Assembly (NCBI GenBank): GCA_043797085.1 | Contig: JAZDQA010000014.1 | Coordinates: 64,001-128,000, forward strand | Direction of reading: 5' to 3' | Origin: Pseudomonadota bacterium | GTDB lineage: Bacteria > Campylobacterota > Campylobacteria > Campylobacterales > Sulfurimonadaceae | Length of the DNA: 64,000 bases | Shown here: piece after piece, positions 38,805 to 48,528 of the stretch | Layout: each line of letters starts with the position of its first letter | Position numbering within the stretch: position 1 is the first letter of the stretch | Program-made: the position numbers and the translations under genes | Notes under the pieces: generated by a model | The model's database searches: none | What the model was told of the DNA's origin: nothing | Seen by the model: the letters and a program-made list of their open reading frames with translations, nothing else

Positions 38805-39387
38805 GCCGTGAAACGTTCTCTTTTTGTGGAAAGTCCGCTCCCATACTGATGATGAATGACGATGCTTCTTGAAGGGAAAGTGTCGTTTTTTTAATCATTA
38901 CTTCATCTACCAAAACGGTATAACCACTCGTAGGATTCGGAGAGGTCGGGATAAATAGGACACAAATATTTTCGTGTCGGTTGAGCAAGTAGGCGGGAAC
39001 CCACAACCCTTCTTTTGGATATTCGACCAAAACCACCTCTTTTTTCGTCCCGTCTTCACCTCCGGATAACATTGCTGCAAGTTTTTTTGAAACTGAATAA
39101 ACTGAACGGATCGCAGGGATTTTTTCAAAAGTACTGTCAATCATTGAAACAAATATTGAACGTCCATATTTTTCAATCGAAAATCCAAGTAAAGCAAAAA
39201 CAGCAATCACTCCCGCCATAAGAGTCATTGTTATTCCAAAAGAATTCGTATAATCGTGCAAAGAAAAATATGCGCTAACTCCCAAATTTCTCAAATAATT
39301 CACAACGGTCAACACTAAGATAAGAGGGAATAATGACAATGCACCCACAAAAATATACCGAAATAACAACTTGGCTTTTGAGCCCAT
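38767..39387 (-). CDS. DUF502 membrane protein
   Basis: KIPAIRSVY, VEYP, FIPTSPNPTSG. Start placed at 39387 after an AAGGA RBS. Confidence 0.85.
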   Translation of the reverse strand: MGSKAKLLFRYIFVGALSLFPLILVLTVVNYLRNLGVSAYFSLHDYTNSFGITMTLMAGVIAVFALLGFSIEKYGRSIFVSMIDSTFEKIPAIRSVYSVSKKLAAMLSGGEDGTKKEVVLVEYPKEGLWVPAYLLNRHENICVLFIPTSPNPTSGYTVLVDEVMIKKTTLSLQEASSFIISMGADFPQKENVSRLIQTHQTSVPVL

Positions 39388-39472
39388 AAACGTCCTTTTA
39401 TGACAAATTGTCATATTATAGAATACTTTTTGAAACACTTTACTACAATAACATATATTTACAGGAGAACCT

Positions 39473-41428
39473 ATGCAACCTTTTACAGATTTTAGCCTTA
39501 ATTTAGAGACTTTTATTGATGATTTAAACATACTCATCGAAAAAAACCACACTACCATCGCCAACTTACTGGATATTCACGATAAAACCTACACCGATTT
39601 TGTCCGCCCCTTTGATTTTATGGAAGAAGAGATGGAGCTTTTATTTACGCCTCTTTCACATATCAATGCTGTCAACAATAGTGAAGAATCTCAAAAAGTA
39701 TATGCGGATGCGCTCCCGATTCTTACCGATTACTCGACCTTTGTAGGGCAAAATCTCGCTATTTATGATGCTTTCAAAGAAGTTAAAAAAAATGAATACA
39801 GCACTTTAAATCGTGCTCAACAACGAATTCTTGATCTTAATATTCTCCATTTTGAACTCGCCGGAGCCCATCTTGACGACACTTCAAAAGAGCGTTTAGC
39901 ACAAATCAATCTTCGCAAAAGCACACTCACCAATGACTTTTCCCAAAATGTTTTGGATGCTACCAATGCGTATGAAAAAATCATCACAGATCCCGCTGAT
40001 ATTATTGGAATTCCACAGGGAGATTTAGACGATGCCCGTTTCGAGGAAGAGGGAGTTATAAAATATCGTTTCACTCTCCAAATGCCTTCGTATATCTCGT
40101 ATATGACCTATGGACAAAATCGTACCATACGAGAAGAACTCTACAAGGCATATACGACAAGAGCACCTCAAAACGGTGAAATTATTGATGAATTGATGGC
40201 ACTTCGTCAAGAGATGGCACAACTTTTAGGCTTTGAAAGCTATGCTCAGTATTCACTTGCTTCCAAAATGGCACCCGATACCCAAAGTGTTTTAAGATTT
40301 TTAAACGACCTTGCCCTCACCTCTCGTGCCCAAGCAGAGAAAGAAATCATGGAATTACGCTCTATTGCAGGAGATATTGACCTCCAAAGCTATGACACCG
40401 CCTATTACGGCGAAATCCTCAAAAAAGCACAATACGACATTGATGAGGAAGAATATCGACCTTATTTTGAACAAAACAGTGTTATAAGCGGGATGTTTGA
40501 TTTTTTACACCAGATATTCGGGATTTCATTTGTACACGTCCAAGCACCCCTTTGGGACGAAAAAGCGAGTGCTTATGATGTCTATGATAATAACATACTG
40601 CGTGCACGAATCTATTTCGACCTCGAAGCTCGTAAGAATAAACGCGGTGGAGCATGGATGCACAATTTTCAAACCCATTGTGAAGATATCGAAGGTATGA
40701 TCCATCTTCCCAGCGCCTTTGTCGTTTGCAACTTTCCTCCCTCATCCCCTACGTCTCCCTCACTTTTGCGTCATGATGATGTTGTCACCCTCTTTCATGA
40801 GATGGGACACACGCTTCACCACATTTTAAGCTCTGTTCGAGAACATGGTGTCAGTGGGGTTAATGGCGTAGAATGGGATGCCGTCGAATTTCCTTCACAA
40901 TTTTTAGAAAGTTTTGCGTATGAACCTAAAGTCCTCAAACTTTTTGCTAAACACCATAAAAGCGGTGAGATTCTTAGTGATGAGATGATTGCTAAGCTTA
41001 TTCGTGCAAAAAACTTCCAAAGTGCTCTATTTATGCTTCGACAGCTTGAATTTTCTCTCTTTGATTTTGAGCTTCACTCGAAATTGTATCAAGGGGATGA
41101 AATTCAAATTCTTCTTGATTCCATTCGAGAACGGACTTCACTTATCAAACCACCTGCTTACAATAAATTTCAAAACGGATTTAGTCATATTTTTAGCGGT
41201 GGGTACAGTGCAGGATATTACAGTTACAAATGGGCAGAAGTGCTAAGTGCAGATGCCTATTATGCTATTGTGGATGAAGGTATTTTCGATTCCGTTCTTG
41301 CGCAGCGGTATAAAGATATTGTACTGGGAGGCGGCGGATCTCAAAGTATGCAAGAACTTTTTGTGGAGATGATGGGACGCGAATGTGAAACAAAAAATCT
41401 CTTGCGTCTTAATGGCATAGAAGTATGA
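39473..41428 (+). CDS. prlC: Oligopeptidase A (M3 family)
   Basis: HEMGH, VEFPSQ, GYSAGYYSYKWAEVL. Confidence 0.93.
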   Translation: MQPFTDFSLNLETFIDDLNILIEKNHTTIANLLDIHDKTYTDFVRPFDFMEEEMELLFTPLSHINAVNNSEESQKVYADALPILTDYSTFVGQNLAIYDAFKEVKKNEYSTLNRAQQRILDLNILHFELAGAHLDDTSKERLAQINLRKSTLTNDFSQNVLDATNAYEKIITDPADIIGIPQGDLDDARFEEEGVIKYRFTLQMPSYISYMTYGQNRTIREELYKAYTTRAPQNGEIIDELMALRQEMAQLLGFESYAQYSLASKMAPDTQSVLRFLNDLALTSRAQAEKEIMELRSIAGDIDLQSYDTAYYGEILKKAQYDIDEEEYRPYFEQNSVISGMFDFLHQIFGISFVHVQAPLWDEKASAYDVYDNNILRARIYFDLEARKNKRGGAWMHNFQTHCEDIEGMIHLPSAFVVCNFPPSSPTSPSLLRHDDVVTLFHEMGHTLHHILSSVREHGVSGVNGVEWDAVEFPSQFLESFAYEPKVLKLFAKHHKSGEILSDEMIAKLIRAKNFQSALFMLRQLEFSLFDFELHSKLYQGDEIQILLDSIRERTSLIKPPAYNKFQNGFSHIFSGGYSAGYYSYKWAEVLSADAYYAIVDEGIFDSVLAQRYKDIVLGGGGSQSMQELFVEMMGRECETKNLLRLNGIEV

Positions 41429-42435
41429 AATTTTTTTGGCTAGTATTCATTACATTGACATTTTTAGAAGGAGCAGAAGTGAAAATAGCCTCTTATAACG
41501 TTGAAAACTTGTTTGATATGAATGATGATGGTACAGAATATGAACAGTACATACCCAATACCTCGTGGGGATGGAATGAGGAGATGCATCGGATAAAACT
41601 TCGCAACACCGCGCAAGTCATCAAAGATTTGGGTGCTGATGTCATCGGACTGCAAGAAATTGAGTCCGAAACCGCTCTCAAAGAGCTCAAAGCCGAGCTC
41701 AACCGTCAAGGGATTTATTATCCTTATTATGCTTTTGCACGCTCTAAAAACACTACAGTAGCTACCGCCCTTTTGAGCAAATACCCCCTTAAAAGTGCGC
41801 TAAGCCATTCAGTAAGCTCAAACCGTAAATATCGTGATATATTGGAAGCAAAAATTGATATTAACGGTAAAAATCTACACATTTTTGTTAATCATTGGAA
41901 ATCCAAAAGCGGTTCTGAGAGTATGCGTATTCAAAGTGCAAAAGTACTCAAAAAACGTATCAGCAACTTGGATGAAAATGAACCGTATATACTCTTGGGA
42001 GATTTTAACTCTCACTATGAAGAGTATCGAACGTTTGTAAAAAGCAGAAAGCATAATGACACGGATGGGATCACAGGGATTAATCATATCCTTAAGACCA
42101 TCGATGAGGATGACAATCCTATTACTATCACAAGTGTCAAAGAGTGTGATGACTGCTCCTACAATCTATGGTATGAACTCCCACAAGAGCAACGGTGGAG
42201 TCATGAGTACAGAGGGGGACATGAGGCGCTGGATAATATGATTATTTCCCCCTCGCTTGCAGATGGAAAAGGAGTTGAATATGTCCGAGGGAGTTTTGGA
42301 CGATTTGATGCTCCTTATCTTTTCTACAAAGGAAAACCTTATCGCTGGCAACAATCACGAAAATTTCCTAAGCACCATCTAGGCGAAGGGTATTCCGACC
42401 ACTTGGCTATTTTTGCAAAATTTAACGTACGTTAA
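41425..42435 (+). CDS. Secreted endonuclease/exonuclease/phosphatase family protein
   Basis: Signal peptide, YNVENLFD, LQEIE, NHWKSK, GDFN, SDH. Confidence 0.9.
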   Translation: MKFFWLVFITLTFLEGAEVKIASYNVENLFDMNDDGTEYEQYIPNTSWGWNEEMHRIKLRNTAQVIKDLGADVIGLQEIESETALKELKAELNRQGIYYPYYAFARSKNTTVATALLSKYPLKSALSHSVSSNRKYRDILEAKIDINGKNLHIFVNHWKSKSGSESMRIQSAKVLKKRISNLDENEPYILLGDFNSHYEEYRTFVKSRKHNDTDGITGINHILKTIDEDDNPITITSVKECDDCSYNLWYELPQEQRWSHEYRGGHEALDNMIISPSLADGKGVEYVRGSFGRFDAPYLFYKGKPYRWQQSRKFPKHHLGEGYSDHLAIFAKFNVR

Positions 42436-43109
42436 ACGATGCACCAGTCAATCGGAGCAATCCCATGCTCCCGTAAATAGGTATTGGTTTTACTAAAAGG
42501 TTTCGAACCGAAAAACCCTCGATAAGAGGAGAGCGGTGAGGGATGCGGAGCTTTTAAAACCAAATGCTTTGTCTCATCAATCAAAATACTTTTTTTCCCC
42601 GCAGGAGCACCCCAGAGGATAAATACGAGATGTTCTCGCTGTTGGCTCAATGTTCGAATGACTTGATCGGTGAACCTCTCCCATCCTCTATCTTTGTGAG
42701 AAAAGGGTTCTCCTTGGCGAACTGTTAAAAGGGTGTTAAGGAGCAGGACACCCTGATGTGCCCAATGACTCAAATCACCGCTTTTTGGGAAAGGACAGCC
42801 GATGTCATCCACTAATTCTTTAAAGATATTTTGGAGGGAGGGTGGAGAAGCGACTCCTGCTTGAACTGAAAAAGACAACCCATGTGCTTGCCCTGCCCCG
42901 TGATAAGGATCTTGACCTAAAATAATGACTTTCACCGATTCAAAAGGGGAAGAGTTGAACGCATTAAAAATATTTTTACTCTGTGGAAAAATAGTATAAC
43001 TCTTTTTTTCTTCCACCAAAAAAGCTTTTAATGCTTCCATGTAAGCGTCGTTAAATTCGTTTTCTAATGCGTCTTTCCAGCTTTCATGAATACTAGGGTG
43101 TGTTGTCAT
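42432..43109 (-). CDS. ung: Uracil-DNA glycosylase (family 1)
   Basis: GQDPYH, GVLLLN, HPSPLS. Confidence 0.97.
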   Translation of the reverse strand: MTTHPSIHESWKDALENEFNDAYMEALKAFLVEEKKSYTIFPQSKNIFNAFNSSPFESVKVIILGQDPYHGAGQAHGLSFSVQAGVASPPSLQNIFKELVDDIGCPFPKSGDLSHWAHQGVLLLNTLLTVRQGEPFSHKDRGWERFTDQVIRTLSQQREHLVFILWGAPAGKKSILIDETKHLVLKAPHPSPLSSYRGFFGSKPFSKTNTYLREHGIAPIDWCIV

Positions 43110-43495
43110 TATTTAAGAATATCATCCTCAAAAATTACCATTTCATAAATACTGCGCGTCGTCACCAATGATTTTTCAAGAGGAACACCGCTAGAGTTTC
43201 GCATACGTGAGATTTCTGAACGCAACTCGATCATCTCCTGCTCCATCATCTCCATTTTACTTTTCAGACGCATTACGACATCCACACCAGCGAGATTGAC
43301 TCCTACTTCACGGGTAAGTCGCAAAATGGTTTTAATTTTCTCAATATCACGCTGAGAATAAAGACGTATTCGTCCATCCGAGCGTGAAGGAGCTATAAGG
43401 TTTTCTCTCTCATATTGGCGTAGCGTCTGAGGATGAATATCCAAAATTTTTGCCACGATACTAATCATGTATACCGGTTCATCAAAATGGTGCAT
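43109..43495 (-). CDS. hspR: Heat shock repressor HspR (MerR family)
   Basis: IHPQTLRQYER, GVNLAGV; follows cbpA. Confidence 0.95.
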   Translation of the reverse strand: MHHFDEPVYMISIVAKILDIHPQTLRQYERENLIAPSRSDGRIRLYSQRDIEKIKTILRLTREVGVNLAGVDVVMRLKSKMEMMEQEMIELRSEISRMRNSSGVPLEKSLVTTRSIYEMVIFEDDILK

Positions 43496-43498
43496 AAT

Positions 43499-44356
43499 CT
43501 AGTCTCCTTGCGGAAGGGATTTTTTCATCTGTTCAACAAGATCCGCATCGATTTTATCCACAGTAGGCAATATAATATTAGCCTTAAGATACAAATCTCC
43601 GCGAACACCGCTTTGTCGATTCATCACGCCCATCTCTTTGAGACGGAAACGCTGACCATTTTTGGTATTTTCAGGCACTTTAAGTGTAACTTCTTTATCT
43701 AATGTCTGAACCGCCACTTTACCACCAAACAGTGCCGCATAAAGAGGAACACTAAATGTTTTCACAAGATTGTCTCCCTCGCGCTCATACTCAGGATTGG
43801 CAGAAATATCGATACGTAAATACAAATCACCCGATTGGGCACCATGACGCTTCCCTTTTCCGCGAACACGAAGTTTTTCACCGCTTTTAATTCCGGCAGG
43901 AATTTTGATGTCAAAACTCTCTCCAGAAAGGCTAATCGTGTGTTTACCACCGAGTACCGCTACGGCAAACGGAATAGTAACATTGGCATCAAAATCAAGG
44001 TTCATCGCGCCGCCAAAGCCACTGCCAAATCCGCCGCCGCTAAATCCACCGCCTCCTCCACCGAACATACTGCGTAAAATCTCATCTAAATCGACATTAC
44101 CGCCCTGAGCACGTGAGAAATCATGGAAGTTTTGCCCGCCGAACATCGAATCCCCGTACTGATCGTATTTGGCACGTTTTTCTTTATCGCTAAGCACTTC
44201 ATACGCCGCATTAATCTCTTTAAATTTTTCTTCCGCTGCGGGGTCTTTGTTCACATCGGGATGGTATTGACGCGCGAGCTTACGGTAAGCTTTTTTGATC
44301 TCTGTTTCGCTTGCGCCTGCTGTAACTTCTAAGGTAGTGTATAAACTTTTTGACAT
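43499..44356 (-). CDS. cbpA: DnaJ-class co-chaperone CbpA
   Basis: J domain with HPD, G/F-rich region, no zinc finger; start MSKSLY. Confidence 0.93.
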   Translation of the reverse strand: MSKSLYTTLEVTAGASETEIKKAYRKLARQYHPDVNKDPAAEEKFKEINAAYEVLSDKEKRAKYDQYGDSMFGGQNFHDFSRAQGGNVDLDEILRSMFGGGGGGFSGGGFGSGFGGAMNLDFDANVTIPFAVAVLGGKHTISLSGESFDIKIPAGIKSGEKLRVRGKGKRHGAQSGDLYLRIDISANPEYEREGDNLVKTFSVPLYAALFGGKVAVQTLDKEVTLKVPENTKNGQRFRLKEMGVMNRQSGVRGDLYLKANIILPTVDKIDADLVEQMKKSLPQGD

Positions 44357-44395
44357 TTTAAATCCTATTGAAATCATAGTTAATTATTTAACAAA

Positions 44396-44430
44396 ATTAT
44401 AACAGAATAGTTGAGTCAAAGTCAATCAAG
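44396..44430 (-). promoter_or_regulatory. HAIR-like HspR operator with extended -10 for cbpA-hspR
   Basis: Minus strand CTTGATT-N7-ACTCAAC (44410-44430) versus consensus CTTGAGT-N7-ACTCAAG; TGtTATAAT ends at 44396. Confidence 0.75.
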
Positions 44431-44477
44431 GTTAAAAAGGAAAGTGCGTTGGATTAGAAGAAAGAGAAGATTGAAGA

Positions 44478-44496
44478 TTGCGCCATAAAGACGCAA
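44478..44496 (-). terminator. Probable purH terminator
   Basis: TTGCGTC-tttat-GGCGCAA followed by a pyrimidine-rich tail. Confidence 0.5.
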
Positions 44497-44502
44497 GTGT
44501 TT

Positions 44503-46038
44503 TTAGTGCAAAAAGTGACGAATACCAGTAAAGTACAACGACATCCCGTGCTCATCTGCCGCCGCGATGACTTCTTCATCACGTACCGAACCGCCCGGTT
44601 GAATAACGGTTTTGACACCCGCCCCTGCTGCCGCGTCGATAGAATCGCGAAACGGGAAAAATGCTTCAGAAGCAAGAGCTGAACCGCTTACATCCAGACC
44701 CATCTCTTCCGCTTTTCGTAATGCACAACGGGCTGCATCGACACGAGACGTCATCCCCATACCCACTGCTACCATCGCGGAGTCTTTTACGTACACAACA
44801 CAGTTTGATTTGGTTAATGAGGCTACTTTATACGCGATTTCAGCGTCTTTAAGTTCACTCTCGCTTGCCGTGTGTTTTGTCACCAACTTGGCATTCTTAA
44901 CCTCATCGTCTCCCACACGATCCGCGTCTTGGAATACAAATCCGCCGTCAATGTGTTTAAAATCGACTGCATCTCGGCTCAGAAGAATACGATCACTGCC
45001 GTATTCAAAAAGCTTTAGACGTTTTTTCGGCTCAAATACTGCTTGTGCTTCTTCATCGATTTTACCTGCAATAATCACTTCCAAAAACATCTCATTCATT
45101 TTCAGGGCAAGTTCTTTGGTCACGACGCCATTGACCGCAACGACGCCTCCAAATGCTGAAATCGGATCACATTTAAGTGCTTCGGTATACGCATCCATCA
45201 TATTATCACGGATTGCAAAACCGCACGGGTTACCGTGCTTTACGATACAGATAGCATTCTCATCCCCAAACGCAGCTGCAATTTTCACCGCACCGCTGAT
45301 GTCGGTAAGATTGTTAAAACTTGCTTCACCTTTGAGGGTTTTGAAGTTTTTAGAGAAGAAAGTGTCAAACTCGTACAAACCACCCTTTTGATGCGGGTTT
45401 TCGCCGTAACGGGTATCCATTACTTTGTTTCCGACGATAAACTGTTTCTCTCCCATGCCGTTGTTAAAACGTTTGTTCATGTAGTTGGCAATCATGCTGT
45501 CGTATGCTGCCGTATGCTCATATGCTTTGATCATCAAATTACGGCGAAATTCAACGCTATCTGAACCGTTTTGAATCGCATTAAGCACCACAGAGTAATC
45601 ACTTGGATCGGTAATGATATGAACATCGATAAAGTTTTTTGCAGCAGAACGAACCATTGCAGGTCCTCCGATGTCGATGTTTTCAATGATCTCTTCGAAG
45701 TCATCCGTACGCTCAATGGTCGCTTTGAACGGATAAAGATTTACACAAACAAGGTCAATTTCAACAATCCCGTATTCCATCGCTGTATTGACATGAGAAT
45801 CCAAATCACGACGAAATAAAATGCCCCCGTGGATATATGGGTTAAGGGTCTTAACCCGACCATCAAACATCTCCGGAAATCCTGTCACATCATCAATCTC
45901 GATAGCATTCACACCTGCATCACGCAACATTTTAAACGTTCCGCCCGTAGAGACGATTTCATAGTCCAAACCGATGAGAGATTTAGCGAATTCTACGATA
46001 TTACTTTTATCACTGACACTGAGTAATGCACGCTTCAT
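44503..46038 (-). CDS. purH: Bifunctional AICAR transformylase/IMP cyclohydrolase
   Basis: [40 protein letters not shown]. Confidence 0.98.
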   Translation of the reverse strand: MKRALLSVSDKSNIVEFAKSLIGLDYEIVSTGGTFKMLRDAGVNAIEIDDVTGFPEMFDGRVKTLNPYIHGGILFRRDLDSHVNTAMEYGIVEIDLVCVNLYPFKATIERTDDFEEIIENIDIGGPAMVRSAAKNFIDVHIITDPSDYSVVLNAIQNGSDSVEFRRNLMIKAYEHTAAYDSMIANYMNKRFNNGMGEKQFIVGNKVMDTRYGENPHQKGGLYEFDTFFSKNFKTLKGEASFNNLTDISGAVKIAAAFGDENAICIVKHGNPCGFAIRDNMMDAYTEALKCDPISAFGGVVAVNGVVTKELALKMNEMFLEVIIAGKIDEEAQAVFEPKKRLKLFEYGSDRILLSRDAVDFKHIDGGFVFQDADRVGDDEVKNAKLVTKHTASESELKDAEIAYKVASLTKSNCVVYVKDSAMVAVGMGMTSRVDAARCALRKAEEMGLDVSGSALASEAFFPFRDSIDAAAGAGVKTVIQPGGSVRDEEVIAAADEHGMSLYFTGIRHFLH

Positions 46039-46123
46039 GCAGTTCCTTTGATTGGGTACTTAGACCCATGAATTAATGGTGGAATTGTAACGAATGGTGG
46101 TTTAGGGGAAGGTAAAGAATGAA

Positions 46124-46142
46124 AGGAAGCGTATTGCTTCCT
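46124..46142 (-). terminator. Terminator after the DUF975 gene
   Basis: AGGAAGC-N5-GCTTCCT with a T-rich tail on the minus strand. Confidence 0.6.
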
Positions 46143-46146
46143 GTAA

Positions 46147-46755
46147 TTAGGCGAGAAAAGTTTTTTCTGATTGAGTACTTTTAATATCGTTATAAAATAT
46201 TGCAAAACTTACGCTCATATAAGGAATCAGCCAAATAAAACCAATCCCTAAAGTTAAAAGGGCCAATAACACCCATCCAAAAAAACGAAAACTTAGGCAA
46301 AAAAGTTTCCATTTATTACCTTGCATCATTTCCTTACTTTTCTTAATTGCTTCAAGTGCACCCGTAGATTTATTATCTGCAAGAACATAAAAGGTCATTG
46401 CGTATGAATATGCTGCGATTAATCCTGGAATAATCAGAAGTAACATCCATAAAATAATAAAAAGAGTTTGTAGTAACAACGCCGCAAGGGCTGTTCCAAA
46501 TCTACTAAAACCATCAAAAAGATGTCCTATTTTTGTCTCTTCATTTCTCGCAAGAGCCAACATAATGGTGTTTAATCCAAGTGCCATTGCCCCACCAATT
46601 AGTAAAGAAATAATCGCACCCACTACTGGAATGATTTGAATCCCATACACAATAATACCATTTAATAATATTGCACCAATTGCTATCCCCCAATGCCCCT
46701 TGAGTGACTCTCGTGCTTTTGCCATAATATCTTTATTTTCCATATTCAGCTCCAA
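46147..46755 (-). CDS. DUF975 family membrane protein
   Basis: LLLIIPG..YSYAM, SKEMMQGNKWKLF, WLIPY. Confidence 0.88.
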   Translation of the reverse strand: MELNMENKDIMAKARESLKGHWGIAIGAILLNGIIVYGIQIIPVVGAIISLLIGGAMALGLNTIMLALARNEETKIGHLFDGFSRFGTALAALLLQTLFIILWMLLLIIPGLIAAYSYAMTFYVLADNKSTGALEAIKKSKEMMQGNKWKLFCLSFRFFGWVLLALLTLGIGFIWLIPYMSVSFAIFYNDIKSTQSEKTFLA

Positions 46756-46831
46756 ATAAAATTTTATTTATTGTATCATAACAATTGAAATTAGTATATA
46801 TTTTATATGATTATTTATAATAGGAAATTAA

Positions 46832-47326
46832 TTGAACAACTATATTCACCCTTTCACGCCCATCCTCAATCATCATACCTGTGTTCTTTTCCTCGGAAGT
46901 TTCCCCAGTATCGCATCATTCGAACAAGCCTTTTATTATGCCCATCCGCGTAACGCTTTTTGGTCGATTATGGAGGAAATATTTGGGGTAACGTTTTATG
47001 ATAATGAAAATAAAATACATTTTTGTATCGAAAAGGGAATCGGGCTATGGGATGTAATCGGTTCGTGCGAGCGGAGTAATTCAAGTGACAGCAATCTAAA
47101 AAATATCATTCCCAATGATTTTAAAAAACTGCTGGCGGACTATCCAAATATCAAAGCTATCGCGTTTACAGGGAAAAAAGCGTTTGATCTGTTCCAAAAA
47201 TATTTCAAAGAGTTAGAAATCGAAACTGTATTACTTCCTTCCACCTCACCCGCCCATGCAGCTATGACACGAAAAGAAAAAACCATTCTTTATAAAGAAT
47301 TTTTAAATCGCTATTTAACTCTCTAA
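46832..47326 (+). CDS. DNA-deoxyinosine glycosylase (UDG superfamily family 6)
   Basis: LGSFPS, YYAHPRNAFW, GLWDV, LPSTSPA. Confidence 0.88.
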   Translation: MNNYIHPFTPILNHHTCVLFLGSFPSIASFEQAFYYAHPRNAFWSIMEEIFGVTFYDNENKIHFCIEKGIGLWDVIGSCERSNSSDSNLKNIIPNDFKKLLADYPNIKAIAFTGKKAFDLFQKYFKELEIETVLLPSTSPAHAAMTRKEKTILYKEFLNRYLTL

Positions 47327-48121
47327 TACCTGCTCAAAAATCGTTTTTGCTGTCTTCCAGCGATCTACTTTGGCATTCATCATCACGATAAGGCAATCTT
47401 TTCCGTCTTTTTTCGCACGAGCGATTAAACATGCCCCTGCTTTGTTTGTGAAGCCTGTTTTTACTCCAACAGCATATTGGTAGCGATTCAAAAGACGATT
47501 GTGAGTGTAGGCAGTGAAAAGTTTCAATTTATCTTTATTAAGTGCGTAATAGGTGTGACTGTTGAGTTTGCTGATTGCATTGAAGGTTGAATTTTTAATC
47601 GCATACTCAGTCATTTTTAGCAAATCATTCGGTGAAGAATAATGATCTTTTCCATCGTATCCGCACGGATTACTAAAGTGAGTATGACTCATCCCGATTT
47701 GTCGAGCTTTGCTATTCATCATCGCGATAAAATGCTCTTCATCCCCGCCCACGGTGATGGCTATCGCTTTTGCTGCATCGTTATCGGATTTAATCATTGC
47801 AGCTTTTACCAAATCCGACATCAAAACGACATCACCGTGCTTATACCCAGCTATTGTAGGCTCCACTTTGGTCATTTCTCGCGTAATCGTCACGGCCTGA
47901 TTCATTTTTCCGCTTTGTATCGCTAAGAGTGCTGTCATTACTTTTGTCAGACTTGCCGGACTGGCTCGTTTTTCCCCATCTTTTGAGTATAAAATATGTT
48001 TGGTGTTTAAATCTTTGACAACCAAGGCTCCCACTTTCAGCCCATCCAGTTCATGTTTATCAATAGCCCCAAAAAGTGAGACGCAAAGCGTTAAACTCAA
48101 TCCAAAAATTTTCTTTATCAT
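47315..48121 (-). CDS. D-alanyl-D-alanine carboxypeptidase (S11)
   Basis: SLTK, SDN and KTG motifs. Confidence 0.92.
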   Translation of the reverse strand: MIKKIFGLSLTLCVSLFGAIDKHELDGLKVGALVVKDLNTKHILYSKDGEKRASPASLTKVMTALLAIQSGKMNQAVTITREMTKVEPTIAGYKHGDVVLMSDLVKAAMIKSDNDAAKAIAITVGGDEEHFIAMMNSKARQIGMSHTHFSNPCGYDGKDHYSSPNDLLKMTEYAIKNSTFNAISKLNSHTYYALNKDKLKLFTAYTHNRLLNRYQYAVGVKTGFTNKAGACLIARAKKDGKDCLIVMMNAKVDRWKTAKTIFEQVLES

Positions 48122-48211
48122 TCCAAAACCTTTTAAATTATCAATCGAGCATCATTAAGCAAATAATAGTCCATCCGCTATAATTCCCTATAAAATTTAG
48201 AAGGAGGATAA

Positions 48212-48469
48212 ATGCAGCGATTTCGACGACTCTTTACGCTGTTGTTTATCCTCTCACTTTTTGTCGGTGCTATTCATGAAAGTAGTCACGCTCATCAGCA
48301 CGGTGATACATGTGAAGTGTGTGTACTCTCTCATGCTCCAGCTCTGCTTGGGGATGCCATCACAGTCATACCTATAGATCATTATTACGAATATTTTAGC
48401 TTTATGGATACCTCATATCCAGTTGTGTCATCTATGCTAACGCGTAACCGTTCCCCTCCTCTGGCTTAA
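48212..48469 (+). CDS. DUF2946-like small exported protein / putative arrest leader peptide
   Basis: RBS AGGAGG, N-terminal hydrophobic segment, HxxxHxHxH-CEVC, C-terminal RSPP. Confidence 0.75.
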   Translation: MQRFRRLFTLLFILSLFVGAIHESSHAHQHGDTCEVCVLSHAPALLGDAITVIPIDHYYEYFSFMDTSYPVVSSMLTRNRSPPLA

Positions 48470-48528
48470 AATTACCATTATTCAAAACAAACCATTATTA
48501 TAATTATTTAACCTTTTAGGATTTTACT

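Noticed and set aside
44612..45391. 259-aa ORF antisense to purH (also long antisense ORFs in serS, the ABC genes and ftsH)
   Set aside because: Shadow ORFs on the opposite strand of conserved genes, with no recognisable motifs.
46040..46120. ZTP riboswitch upstream of purH
   Set aside because: Only a short TGGGT/ACCCA hairpin; the conserved ZTP aptamer sequences are not visible.
48122..48211. Fur/Zur box for the TonB-dependent receptor
   Set aside because: No convincing 7-1-7 inverted repeat in the promoter region.
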